Part shown: positions 1 to 8,005 of the stretch, piece by piece | Numbering within the stretch: position 1 is the stretch's first letter | Layout of the letters: each line of letters begins with the position of its first letter | NCBI RefSeq assembly: GCF_000172995.2 | Contig: NC_014731.1 | Coordinates: 150,001 to 182,000 of the forward strand | DNA from: Halogeometricum borinquense DSM 11551 | Lineage (GTDB): Archaea > Halobacteriota > Halobacteria > Halobacteriales > Haloferacaceae | Length of the DNA: 32,000 nt | Direction of reading: 5' to 3' | The notes under the pieces: model-generated | Database searches by the model: none | Told to the model about the DNA's origin: nothing | Seen by the model: only the letters and a program-made list of their open reading frames with translations | Translations under genes and position numbers: made by a program

Positions 1-37
1 CTGCTCGTTCCTCAAACTGGCTTAACTAGACAGTGCC
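1..37 (-). mobile_element. Terminal 37 bp of a second, mostly off-window copy of the IS6-family element, in inverted orientation
   Basis: Positions 1-37 are the exact reverse complement of 22599-22635, the left end of the complete IS including the 15-bp IR GGCACTGTCTAGTTA. Confidence 0.9.
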
Positions 38-141
38 TCGAAGCCGTGCTGAATACAGAGTGCAAGTCGGTCACGGCCAAGTGGTATACAGATCAGGGGT
101 CTATCGGACGCTTTTTTAGACAATTTCGAGACATATAGGAG

Positions 142-594
142 ATGAATCTCTCTATCCGTAGGAGCCCACTCGCACAATTCAGTATTACAGCTGCGTCTTC
201 AGTCCTTGCCTCGAAGCTTCTCCGTCCCCAGACTCTCCTAGAAACAATCGTACTGGCAACTGCTGCTGGTCTTGGAGTCGTACTCAGTCAGCAGTTTTCC
301 CTGTCATACCATATGGACAATCCCGGATTAGACGCTGCTCAAATAGAAGTAGACGACGTACTGGCACCGAACGACAGCCCCAGTTACGAGGCAACGGCCG
401 CTCGAAGATGCACAGAAGATTCACCAGCGACGACCAATCTTACAAGAGACGCTCGGTACCGCTACGCAACCGAGGTGTGTTTCAGCCCAGAAAGCCGCAA
501 CAGAGACAGATTACCGGTTACTAACGGGAGTCCACGTCCGGTCGTTTTCTCCGACATAGCGTGCCCGGGGACGGATGAGACGGTTGTCTTCTAA
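142..594 (+). CDS. Hypothetical protein; doubtful ORF
   Basis: 150-aa ORF in a visibly lower-GC stretch next to the IS end. It has two hydrophobic N-terminal segments, no recognisable motif, and its 3-prime end overlaps the citrate synthase 3-prime end by 84 nt. Confidence 0.25.
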   Translation: MNLSIRRSPLAQFSITAASSVLASKLLRPQTLLETIVLATAAGLGVVLSQQFSLSYHMDNPGLDAAQIEVDDVLAPNDSPSYEATAARRCTEDSPATTNLTRDARYRYATEVCFSPESRNRDRLPVTNGSPRPVVFSDIACPGTDETVVF

Positions 595-1668
595 CTGCTC
601 GCGGCAGTGGGCCGTCCAACCACCGACGCGGGAGATACCGAACGTTGCCGTGAACAGTTCCTTCGGAACACCAACACCGTGGAGAAGCGCAGCAGTGTAG
701 AACTCGACGTTCGTCTGCAAGCGACGGTCCGGTTTATGCTCTTCGAGGATATCGACAGCAACATCCTCGAACGACGTAACGGTCTGGAAGAACTCGTCGT
801 CATCGCTGGCTTCGTAGAATCGTTCGGCGGCCTCCGAAAGCACTGCCGCACGGGGGTCTCGAACACGGTAGACGCGATGACCGAATCCCATCAATCGCTC
901 GCCGGCAGCCAGCGTCTCGCGGACGTACTCCTCAGGATTACCGGATTCGTGAACCGTCTGAAGCATGTCGAGGACGGGACCCGGTGCGCCGCCGTGGAGC
1001 GGTCCCTTCAGCGTCCCGACGGCGGCGGTCACCGCCGACACAACGTCCGACTCGGTCGAAACGACGACTCGGGCGCTGAACGTCGAGGCGTTCAGTCCGT
1101 GGTCGATGACGGTGTTGAGGTACGTCTCCAGTCCGCGAACCTCGTCATCGGTCGGTTCCACGCCGTTCAGCATATAGAGGTAGTTCTTAGCGTGACTGAA
1201 CTCCGCACGTGGTTCGACCGGGTCTTCATCCTGTAGATACCGCCAGTACGTTGCGACAATAGTCGGGAAGACGGCAACGATACGACGGATATCTTCGTCT
1301 ACGTCCTCGTCTCCGGTTCCGAGAGTAGCCGCGGCCGCACCCATTCGAAGGGCGTCCATCGCTGGTTTCTGCTCGTCAGCAGCTCGTTGGAGGACGGCGT
1401 GAACCTCGTCGCCGATTCCGCGACGGGCGGCGAGATCCGAGCGGAAGTCGTCAAGTTCTTCGCTGGACGGAAGTCGGTCGTGCAGCAAGAGAAATACGCT
1501 CTCCTCGTACGTCGCGTTGACTGCGAGTTCATCGACCGGGAACCCCCCGATAGTAAGTTCACCGACTTCACCATCGATTTGACTGAGACGTGTCTCCGCC
1601 ACAGAGACATCCTCCAATCCGCGACTAAGAACCTCGTTACTCATATCTCTCGTTTTATTTGACACCAT
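511..1668 (-). CDS. citZ: Citrate synthase
   Basis: The 385-aa ORF has typical citrate synthase blocks: GPLHGGA, MGFGHRVYRVRDPRA and the C-terminal RPRARYVG. Confidence 0.9.
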   Translation of the reverse strand: MVSNKTRDMSNEVLSRGLEDVSVAETRLSQIDGEVGELTIGGFPVDELAVNATYEESVFLLLHDRLPSSEELDDFRSDLAARRGIGDEVHAVLQRAADEQKPAMDALRMGAAAATLGTGDEDVDEDIRRIVAVFPTIVATYWRYLQDEDPVEPRAEFSHAKNYLYMLNGVEPTDDEVRGLETYLNTVIDHGLNASTFSARVVVSTESDVVSAVTAAVGTLKGPLHGGAPGPVLDMLQTVHESGNPEEYVRETLAAGERLMGFGHRVYRVRDPRAAVLSEAAERFYEASDDDEFFQTVTSFEDVAVDILEEHKPDRRLQTNVEFYTAALLHGVGVPKELFTATFGISRVGGWTAHCREQLEDNRLIRPRARYVGENDRTWTPVSNR

Positions 1669-1783
1669 ATTAATCGTGTGATATTGGCGTATTTCTCGAA
1701 TCTAAAACGGCCACAACAAGAGGCGGAAAGAATAGCCCGTTGTCGGAGAGGCTTGTTGTTCGCACCAACGCGGGGATTTCTCA

Positions 1784-1804
1784 CGTTCGGAGGGGTACCG
1801 AACG
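1784..1804 (-). terminator. Possible hairpin downstream of nirK
   Basis: cgttcgg / ccgaacg form a 7-bp stem with a 7-nt loop about 35 nt beyond the nirK stop. There is no clear T-tract. Confidence 0.25.
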
Positions 1805-1839
1805 GGGGAGAGTGGAAAACCGGCAGTTGCACTGCGCAG

Positions 1840-2952
1840 TTATTCTCCACCCCCGCCGTAGATGGGTCCTTCATCGGAACCGTCTACCTCAGGATCGAAT
1901 ACGTCGGTGTTCTTTTTGCCGGTCACGTCAATCTCAGCGAGGTTGCCCTTCCGAGCGACCCGCGAGAGGGCGTGGTCAACCAGTTTGATACGCTCTGGAA
2001 CGGGCATCTCCATCGTCCCGACCATCGTACTTCCCGGCGGGACCACCTGGGTCTGAATGTGCGTGTGGGGCTCCATCGACAGTGATCCGTTCGGGAAGCA
2101 ATCCGACCAGACGTTGCCGATGGGGTGGAAGTTCGACTGAAGGTTCGGCCCACCAGTCACCATGAACACGCGGGCCGTCTCTCCAACGTTCGCTTGCAAG
2201 GGCCCCCGGTTGGCCGCGGCATACGCATACTTCTCACCGTTGAGGAGGACGTACGTCGGATCCTCACGAGCCATGGCCTCGAAGTCGAAGCCGTGATGGC
2301 CCTTCGTACCGGCTTCTTTGTCGGTATAGAGTTCGTGCTGACCGAAGTAGAACTCGCGGTCAACCTCGGGGAGTCCCTCCTTCGGTTCGACGAGAATAAT
2401 CCCGAACATCCCAGCCGAGATGTGATAGTCGAGGTTCGGAACGGCACAGTGGTAGATGTACGCTCCCGGATACATCGCTTTGAACTGTTCTGAGTTCTCC
2501 TCGCCGGGCGCGGCGGTTGTGGCGACACTCCCACCACCGGTTCCGTAGATGGCGTGCATGTCCACGTTGTGTGGCATGTCGTTCTCCGGGAGATTCTTCA
2601 GCGTGAACGAGACGGTATCGCCCTGCCGAACACGAATCATCGGACCGGGGATCTGTCCGTCGAACGTCATGTAGTTGAACGTGACGCCCGGTTCAATCTC
2701 GGCGGTCACCTCCTTGGTTTCGAGCGTGACATCGTGATGTTTTGGTTCACTCCAATCGACTGGGTCGGGGATATCCGTCGGGTCGGCCGCTACTTTGTCA
2801 ACCGTCGGTTTTGACGTAGACTGTGCTGTGGACTGGGCGGTTTTCGTCATTGCCTCGGTTGCTTCGGATGCCTCTCCGCTACAGCCAGCAACGGACGCTG
2901 TACCACCGACACCCAGAGCCTGCAGGACACGTCGACGCGTAGTTGCGAACAT
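1840..2952 (-). CDS. nirK: Copper-containing nitrite reductase (NirK), Tat-exported lipoprotein
   Basis: The N-terminus is TTRRRVLQALGVGGTASVAGCSG (twin-arginine plus lipobox). Type-1/type-2 Cu ligand blocks are present: HNVDMH and YIYHCAVPNLDYHISAGMFG. The length (370 aa) is typical for NirK. Confidence 0.92.
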   Translation of the reverse strand: MFATTRRRVLQALGVGGTASVAGCSGEASEATEAMTKTAQSTAQSTSKPTVDKVAADPTDIPDPVDWSEPKHHDVTLETKEVTAEIEPGVTFNYMTFDGQIPGPMIRVRQGDTVSFTLKNLPENDMPHNVDMHAIYGTGGGSVATTAAPGEENSEQFKAMYPGAYIYHCAVPNLDYHISAGMFGIILVEPKEGLPEVDREFYFGQHELYTDKEAGTKGHHGFDFEAMAREDPTYVLLNGEKYAYAAANRGPLQANVGETARVFMVTGGPNLQSNFHPIGNVWSDCFPNGSLSMEPHTHIQTQVVPPGSTMVGTMEMPVPERIKLVDHALSRVARKGNLAEIDVTGKKNTDVFDPEVDGSDEGPIYGGGGE

Positions 2953-3011
2953 TGGCAGTTACCTCACACGTGAGCGTACCCATGGTACAACAATCAACCG
3001 CGTTCACGGTT

Positions 3012-3019
3012 CTATAAAA
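3012..3019 (-). promoter_or_regulatory. Putative TATA box of the nirK promoter
   Basis: The minus strand reads GGTTTTATAGAACC about 60 nt upstream of the nirK ATG, 10-12 nt downstream of the operator-like site at 3032-3043. Confidence 0.4.
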
Positions 3020-3031
3020 CCGGAACGGCAC

Positions 3032-3043
3032 CGAAGGTGTTCC
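3032..3043. promoter_or_regulatory. Imperfect CGAA-N4-TTCG-type operator upstream of nirK
   Basis: CGAAGGTGTTCC differs by one position from the CGAA-N4-TTCG frame and lies just upstream of the TATA-like element. Confidence 0.45.
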
Positions 3044-3100
3044 CACCACGGTTTAATACCAAATCGATTCCAACCGAGGCAGTCGAGTTGGGAGAATGGG

Positions 3101-3200
3101 AGGAGAGAGGATTAGGTGAAGTTGAGAAGTTGAGAGAGTGAGAGGAGAGAGGATTAGGTGAAGTTGAGAAGTTGAGAGAGTGAGAGGAGAGAGGATTAGG
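3101..3200. repeat. 42-bp tandem repeat (about 2.4 copies) inside a 146-nt C-free tract
   Basis: The unit aggagagaggattaggtgaagttgagaagttgagagagtgag occurs at 3101-3142 and 3143-3184, with a partial third copy to 3200. There is no C on the + strand from 3085 to 3230. Confidence 0.9.
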
Positions 3201-3308
3201 GGAGTGGATAAAGTGGAGTTGAGGAGGAATCGATGAGGCAGAAAAAGAAACTGGGAGAAGCAGTGTGGGAAAATCAGTGCGAGAAAAAATCGGAGAGCGA
3301 GAAACGGC

Positions 3309-5609
3309 TCAGTCGTCGTCTTCAGCCATCACGCGGTCGGGAATTGTCCCCGACGGCGCTTCTCCGGGCGTCGAGACTGGACGGAGCGTGAACCGTTTTT
3401 TCACCATGTCGTAGGCGAACACGAGCGTTCCGAGGATAATCATCGTGTCGCCCGGGAGGCGCGCCCAGAATAGAAGCTGGACGAGTTCACCGTTGTAGAA
3501 CGCGAGACTCCGAGCGGCGGCGTAACTCTGCGTAAACGCCGTCTCCAACTGCAGGAAGCCGACGGGAAGGACGCTCACGAACACCATGACCGCTAACCCG
3601 ATGTTCCAGAGCCAGAACGCCCACCGGAGACGCTTGCCAGTCCACTGAGCGGGCTTTGCGGAAATTCGAAGCATGTACGTCGCCATCCCCAATGCGAGGA
3701 AACCGAACGCACCGAACATGGCTGCGTGTGCGTGCCCGACCGTGAGATACGTCCCGTGCTCGTAGTAGTTGATGAGCGGGAGGTTGATGAAGAAGCCGAG
3801 AACGCCAGCGCCGACGAAGTTCCAGAACCCGCTGGCGATGATGAACATGAACGGGAGCGTGTACGGGAATCCGTCATCGCTGGTCGCCAGCGCTCGGTAC
3901 TGCCCCATCGCCTCAAACAGGATGAGGATGAGCGGAATGAGTTCGAGCGTGGAGAAAACCGATCCGAGCGGAACCCACACGTCGGGTTGGCCGACCCACC
4001 AGTAGTGGTGCGCCGCGCCGATCACACCCGATCCCATCACAAACAGGGCTTGGAACGCCACGGCTTTCTCGGCAGAGCGCTTTTTCAGGAGCCCCATGCT
4101 GACGAGGGTGAGGCCGACGATAGAGACGATGAAGAACTCGAACGCGCCTTCGACCCACATGTGGACGACCCACCAGCGCCAGAACTCCGTCATCACGATG
4201 TTCGTCTGCGGGGTATAGAGCATCCCAGCGGTGAACAGAAGGCCGATAGAACCGCCCGCGTAAACGATGAGATGGGCGAGACCGTAGCGGGATTCCCGTT
4301 TGATGAGCGGCCTGAATCCCCGCCAAACGAGCGCCGTCCACAGCACGAATCCGACGAGCAGGCCGACCTGCCAAAGGCGACCGACCTCCAGATATTCTAG
4401 TCCTTCGTTGCCGAGAATCCACCAGAGTGCGCCGTCGATGTATCCTTGCGCGCCGAACCAGATGCCCGCAAGTCCGCCGACGGCCGCGACGATGAGCGCA
4501 CCCAACAGGACGTGGATGTACGTCTTCTGACGAGGTGGTTCGTAGTTAGTCAGAAGTGGCGGCAGGAACAGTCCGGCCCCGAGCCACAGCGACGCAATCC
4601 AGAGAATAGCGAGATCCAAGTGGAACGTCTTTGCCAGCGAAAAGGGGAGAACACTGATGAGTTCGACACCGAACAGTTTCTCGATGCCGAAGAAGGCGTG
4701 GCGTTCGACGTAGTAGTGCGCGAGTAATCCACCGAGTAACACTTGGAGTGCGAACAACGCCCCCGCGAGCGGGATAAAGCGGGTTGCGGCACGCTGGCTG
4801 GGCGAAAGCGAAATTTCGTCCGGCGGTGGGACTTCGATGCTCGTTATCTCTGGTTCGGGAAGTTCGACCGAGTTGTAGAGCCAGACGCCGATACCGACGG
4901 CCGCAACCAGCAACACCATGCTGATGACGCTCCACGTCATCGTCGAACCGGTCGGAGCGTTACCGGCTGCGGGGTTGTACGGCCACTCGTTCGTGAAACT
5001 GTGATCGCTTCCGGGGCGATCCGTATGAGAGATCCACGCCGTCCACATCGCGAAGTCGGCGAACCGACGAGCGTCTTCAGCCGATCCGATGAAGTCCGCT
5101 GGGAGGCCACGCTCGGCCGATCCTTCGTGGTATCGCTGGACATACTCTTCGCGGGCCTGCTCATGGGCGTACACTTCAGCGGCCGAGTACCGAATCGTCT
5201 CGGTGTTCTTCGCGAGTGACTCGTCTAAGTCCGCACGAACGAGGCTGTTCACACTCGCCTGTTCGGCAGTATCGAGTTTCTCGTACGCCGACCCGTGACG
5301 CTCTTGCGCGTAGTACTCGCGCATATACTGGACCTTCAAGTCCAGGGCGTCGGCCGTGTAATCGACTCCGTAATAAGCTCCGTTACCGAGGATGGAGCCG
5401 TGGTTCATCAGTCCGTCCTTCTGGAACGCTATCTTCCCGTTCTGTACCTGTGACTGAGTAACGATGACGTCGCCGTCCGGTCCGACGACTTCCTTCGGGA
5501 TGGGCGGAACGTGCTGCGAAGAGTAGTACGCGCCGACACCCATCACCACGAGATTGATGATGAAGACGGCGACGAGCGCTTTCGCAATCGTTTGGCGACT
5601 GACTTTCAT
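3309..5609 (-). CDS. norZ: Quinol-dependent nitric oxide reductase (qNor, single-subunit NorZ/NorB type)
   Basis: 766 aa with an N-terminal TM helix plus the extension typical of qNor (GLMNHGSILGNGAYYGVDYTA). The heme-copper oxidase core has about 12 TM segments and His ligand blocks HYWWVG and GHAHAAMFGAFG. Confidence 0.9.
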   Translation of the reverse strand: MKVSRQTIAKALVAVFIINLVVMGVGAYYSSQHVPPIPKEVVGPDGDVIVTQSQVQNGKIAFQKDGLMNHGSILGNGAYYGVDYTADALDLKVQYMREYYAQERHGSAYEKLDTAEQASVNSLVRADLDESLAKNTETIRYSAAEVYAHEQAREEYVQRYHEGSAERGLPADFIGSAEDARRFADFAMWTAWISHTDRPGSDHSFTNEWPYNPAAGNAPTGSTMTWSVISMVLLVAAVGIGVWLYNSVELPEPEITSIEVPPPDEISLSPSQRAATRFIPLAGALFALQVLLGGLLAHYYVERHAFFGIEKLFGVELISVLPFSLAKTFHLDLAILWIASLWLGAGLFLPPLLTNYEPPRQKTYIHVLLGALIVAAVGGLAGIWFGAQGYIDGALWWILGNEGLEYLEVGRLWQVGLLVGFVLWTALVWRGFRPLIKRESRYGLAHLIVYAGGSIGLLFTAGMLYTPQTNIVMTEFWRWWVVHMWVEGAFEFFIVSIVGLTLVSMGLLKKRSAEKAVAFQALFVMGSGVIGAAHHYWWVGQPDVWVPLGSVFSTLELIPLILILFEAMGQYRALATSDDGFPYTLPFMFIIASGFWNFVGAGVLGFFINLPLINYYEHGTYLTVGHAHAAMFGAFGFLALGMATYMLRISAKPAQWTGKRLRWAFWLWNIGLAVMVFVSVLPVGFLQLETAFTQSYAAARSLAFYNGELVQLLFWARLPGDTMIILGTLVFAYDMVKKRFTLRPVSTPGEAPSGTIPDRVMAEDDD

Positions 5610-5677
5610 ACCAATTTGAGGGTTCCAGCCGGTCGGTGTTTATGATAGGGACTGTTCTCAGCGCTCGGGAGGTGTAC

Positions 5678-5689
5678 CGAACATATTCA
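5678..5689. promoter_or_regulatory. Operator-like half-palindrome upstream of nor
   Basis: CGAACATATTCA lies about 70-80 nt upstream of the nor ATG, with a TATA-like tcataaac (minus strand) at about 5638-5645. It is nearly identical to the site at 7226-7237. Confidence 0.4.
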
Positions 5690-5766
5690 GTTGGACGTAT
5701 AGCCGTCCGAGACGGGGCCATTCGGGAGAACGGAGCGCGAGTAGAAGACAGAGACGGACAGGAATA

Positions 5767-6045
5767 TCAGTCAACGTACAACGAGTAGAGGATAATCCCG
5801 AAGCCGACAGTGGTAAATAGACTTTCGACGACGAGCGCGAGATTCGGGTCGAGCGGAAGAAGTTGATCGACGACGCCCCCAAAAATAGCACCGAGGGTAA
5901 CAACGCCGAAACCGATTGCGAGCGCCCGAAGCGCCGGTGATCGAGTCCGCCTGTACGCTTTGAATGCATGATACGTAATAGACCCACCGAGCAGGAGGGC
6001 GAGCGTCTTGAGAACGACGAGCGCCGTTGCGACGTTCGGGGTCAT
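5767..6045 (-). CDS. Small membrane protein (3 hydrophobic segments), co-transcribed with the upstream wHTH regulator
   Basis: 92-aa ORF. Its ATG overlaps the stop of the 6042-6509 gene (ATGA, 4-nt overlap). It is hydrophobic throughout. Confidence 0.7.
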   Translation of the reverse strand: MTPNVATALVVLKTLALLLGGSITYHAFKAYRRTRSPALRALAIGFGVVTLGAIFGGVVDQLLPLDPNLALVVESLFTTVGFGIILYSLYVD

Positions 6046-6509
6046 GTCTCTTTTTGCACCTCAGACCACAGTTCGGACAGACGCTCTTCGGGCGACTGAT
6101 CTCGGTGTTCGATGATCAGTTCGATGGCGTTGTCTTCGGTGAGTGTGATTCTGACTTCGTCAAACGCGAGAATGTATCGCGTAGTGTGTCGGCCATCGGT
6201 TCGCAACTCGACCTGCTCTTCGAGGAGTGACGCCTCACTGAGGAGATCGAGCTTTCGGTACGTGGTCGAAAGCGGGACATCACAGGCGTCTGCGATGTCG
6301 TTTGCCGTCATCGCTCCATCGATGTGTTCGATGATCGTCCGGCAGTCTGGATCATCAAGTGCGTCTAACACGTCTTGTGTGTCCGGCGCGTCGGGAGCGA
6401 ACGGGTCACGTTCCATAGATTCTGTCCGGGCTAAAGTCGATTGTTTCGGAGTCAATTGGTAGGCCATCTGTCTGAGTTTCGTCCCGTCGTCTGGAGTGAG
6501 CGGAACCAA
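6042..6509 (-). CDS. Winged helix-turn-helix transcriptional regulator (ArsR/TrmB-like)
   Basis: The segment DVLDALDDPDCRTIIEHIDGAMTANDIADACDVPLSTTYRKLDLLSEASLLEE matches the ArsR-type wHTH pattern. The protein is acidic, 155 aa. Confidence 0.75.
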   Translation of the reverse strand: MVPLTPDDGTKLRQMAYQLTPKQSTLARTESMERDPFAPDAPDTQDVLDALDDPDCRTIIEHIDGAMTANDIADACDVPLSTTYRKLDLLSEASLLEEQVELRTDGRHTTRYILAFDEVRITLTEDNAIELIIEHRDQSPEERLSELWSEVQKET

Positions 6510-6559
6510 GTCCGCAAAGCGGTACTACTGGTTGAGATGGGGAGACGGCAGGTGGCATC

Positions 6560-7216
6560 TCATGGGTGTGGAGATTCTATCGTCGTCCCGTCGAGGTCCT
6601 CCAAGAACTGCTTTACAATCTTCTCCTCGGCGCGATGCAACGTCTCGCTACACGTTGACTTCGCCAGTTCGAGCGTTTCGGCGAGGTCGGTGAGCGAACA
6701 CTCCCGCGGTGTGTCGTAGTAACCACGTTCGACGGCAGCACTCACCAAGCGTAACTGCCGTTCGGTCAGCAACTGTTCGGGTTCGATATGCTGTCGGATC
6801 TCGTTGACAGTGAACGGAATACCGAACTCATCCAGTTGCGTTCCGAGTTCCGAGAGACGGTGTTGTGGAGCCGTAAGTTCCCACTCCGCCTGCCCGTCCT
6901 GAATTGTAAAAGGCATCGTCAACGGAACGCCCGAGTCCTGTACCGGAAAGAGGAGCAAGGGCATCGTCGTCTCGAACTGGACGAGTACCGTATCCTGGTA
7001 CTGCTGGAGGATTTCGAGTTCGACCACCGAATCGCTGTCCTGGATGTCGGAGACGACATCCTGCAAGTCTGGAGCCGTAATCTCTGCGAGTCCCACTCCC
7101 GCTTCGTCGCCAGTGAGTGCAGACAAGATACGAACCGTCGCGTCCGGGTGCGCACGTGTGACGTCGCCGATCCAGATACCGTCGGGAATCGTCACCGTGA
7201 GATTTGCTCGTGGCAT
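6560..7216 (-). CDS. Bat-like (HTH_10) DNA-binding transcriptional regulator
   Basis: The C-terminal LTERQLRLVSAAVERGYYDTPRECSLTDLAETLELAKSTCSETLHRAEEKIV is the bacterio-opsin-activator-type HTH common in haloarchaea. The N-terminal domain has no Cys cluster. Confidence 0.8.
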   Translation of the reverse strand: MPRANLTVTIPDGIWIGDVTRAHPDATVRILSALTGDEAGVGLAEITAPDLQDVVSDIQDSDSVVELEILQQYQDTVLVQFETTMPLLLFPVQDSGVPLTMPFTIQDGQAEWELTAPQHRLSELGTQLDEFGIPFTVNEIRQHIEPEQLLTERQLRLVSAAVERGYYDTPRECSLTDLAETLELAKSTCSETLHRAEEKIVKQFLEDLDGTTIESPHP

Positions 7217-7225
7217 TGTCTCAAT

Positions 7226-7237
7226 CGAATATATTCA
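7226..7237. promoter_or_regulatory. Operator-like or TATA-like element next to the Bat-like regulator start
   Basis: CGAATATATTCA lies 10-21 nt upstream of the regulator ATG. It could equally be a TATA element. Confidence 0.3.
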
Positions 7238-7260
7238 GGTCCCATACCAAGTAATATTGC

Positions 7261-7272
7261 CGAACATGTTCG
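7261..7272. promoter_or_regulatory. Perfect palindromic operator CGAACATGTTCG
   Basis: The 14-bp perfect palindrome ccgaacatgttcgg (7260-7273) sits in the divergent intergenic region between the Bat-like regulator and DUF2249. A half site CGAACACTATCG is at 7302-7313. Confidence 0.6.
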
Positions 7273-7350
7273 GCCAAACTGGCAGCGGGTCGAGGTTGCG
7301 ACGAACACTATCGGCACAAGGGGTATCTTTGACTCGGAGAAATACCGTGT

Positions 7351-7587
7351 ATGAGCTCAGAGATGCCCGAGAGAGAAACCCGCGAACTAGACGTACGAGA
7401 GATAGAGGGTGAACCGTTCGGAGAGATTGTGGCAGCACTTGATACGCTCTGCGAACACGAAACGCTGGTACTGGTCAACAGTTTCGAGCCAGTTCCACTC
7501 TACGACGTACTCGAACAGCGGGGATTCACGTACAAAACATCGCAGGAGGGGAGCGAGGAGTGGCACGTGAGAATTACGCACGCCTGA
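7351..7587 (+). CDS. DUF2249 domain protein
   Basis: 78 aa. RELDVREIEGEPFGEIVAALDTL...LVLVNSFEPVPLYDVLEQRGF matches the DUF2249 pattern I recognise from denitrification and hemerythrin neighbourhoods. Confidence 0.75.
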   Translation: MSSEMPERETRELDVREIEGEPFGEIVAALDTLCEHETLVLVNSFEPVPLYDVLEQRGFTYKTSQEGSEEWHVRITHA

Positions 7588-7647
7588 GGCAAACGACTCT
7601 ACGCGACCGGCCAACCGCGTCCGTGATCTAAAATACTCGACTCCGGT

Positions 7648-7926
7648 TCAGGGAGGCGTGTGCCAGATAACCGTCGCAACGAACTCGTCTGCTTCGACGG
7701 TCTCGAAATCGTAGCCTCTGTCGGTCAGTTTCGGGTACAGATGCTGTGGCGCACGGTCGTTCATCTGCAGGAGAACGGTTTCATCGTCTAGTTCGGTCAC
7801 CCGTTCGAGAGTGTTGCGAAGCGGTTTCGGTGGCGGAAGCTCCCTCGTGTCGAGCGTCTCCATCGGCCGGTCATCCGGTGCGCCCGTTTCTTCGACAATT
7901 CGTGTCAGGACTCCCATACGAGTCAC
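7648..7926 (-). CDS. DUF2249 domain protein (second paralogue)
   Basis: LDTRELPPPKPLRNTLERVTELDDETVLLQMNDRAPQHLYPKLTDRGYDF matches the same pattern. An alternative start (METLDT) is at 7863. Confidence 0.7.
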   Translation of the reverse strand: MTRMGVLTRIVEETGAPDDRPMETLDTRELPPPKPLRNTLERVTELDDETVLLQMNDRAPQHLYPKLTDRGYDFETVEADEFVATVIWHTPP

Positions 7927-7955
7927 TCAGTCGGCAAGGATGCAGACGATTGTCC

Positions 7956-7967
7956 CGAACACGTTCG
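7956..7967. promoter_or_regulatory. Perfect palindromic operator CGAACACGTTCG
   Basis: It lies in the 79-bp divergent region between DUF2249 (minus strand) and the radical SAM gene. Confidence 0.6.
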
Positions 7968-8005
7968 GCAGTTCGCTTTCGCACACAGCAATCGGAGTTG
8001 CCACT

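Noticed and set aside
1784-1804. The inverted repeat cgttcgg-N7-ccgaacg downstream of nirK as another copy of the CGAA-N4-TTCG operator
   Set aside because: The half sites are in the opposite arrangement (TTCG...CGAA) with different spacing, and the repeat lies at a gene 3-prime end. It is more likely a transcript-end hairpin, or chance.
7811-8005. N-terminal extensions suggested by the ORF track for the rSAM gene (7811), the CGCGG protein (to 10685), the membrane protein (10419), the PEP-utilising enzyme (25481) and the parA partner (to 24131)
   Set aside because: Each extension overlaps a divergent or upstream gene or covers a palindromic operator, and is Arg/Ser-rich rather than protein-like. 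Internal starts (8006, 10430, 10623, GTG 25703, 24059) give products beginning where family similarity or sensible composition begins.
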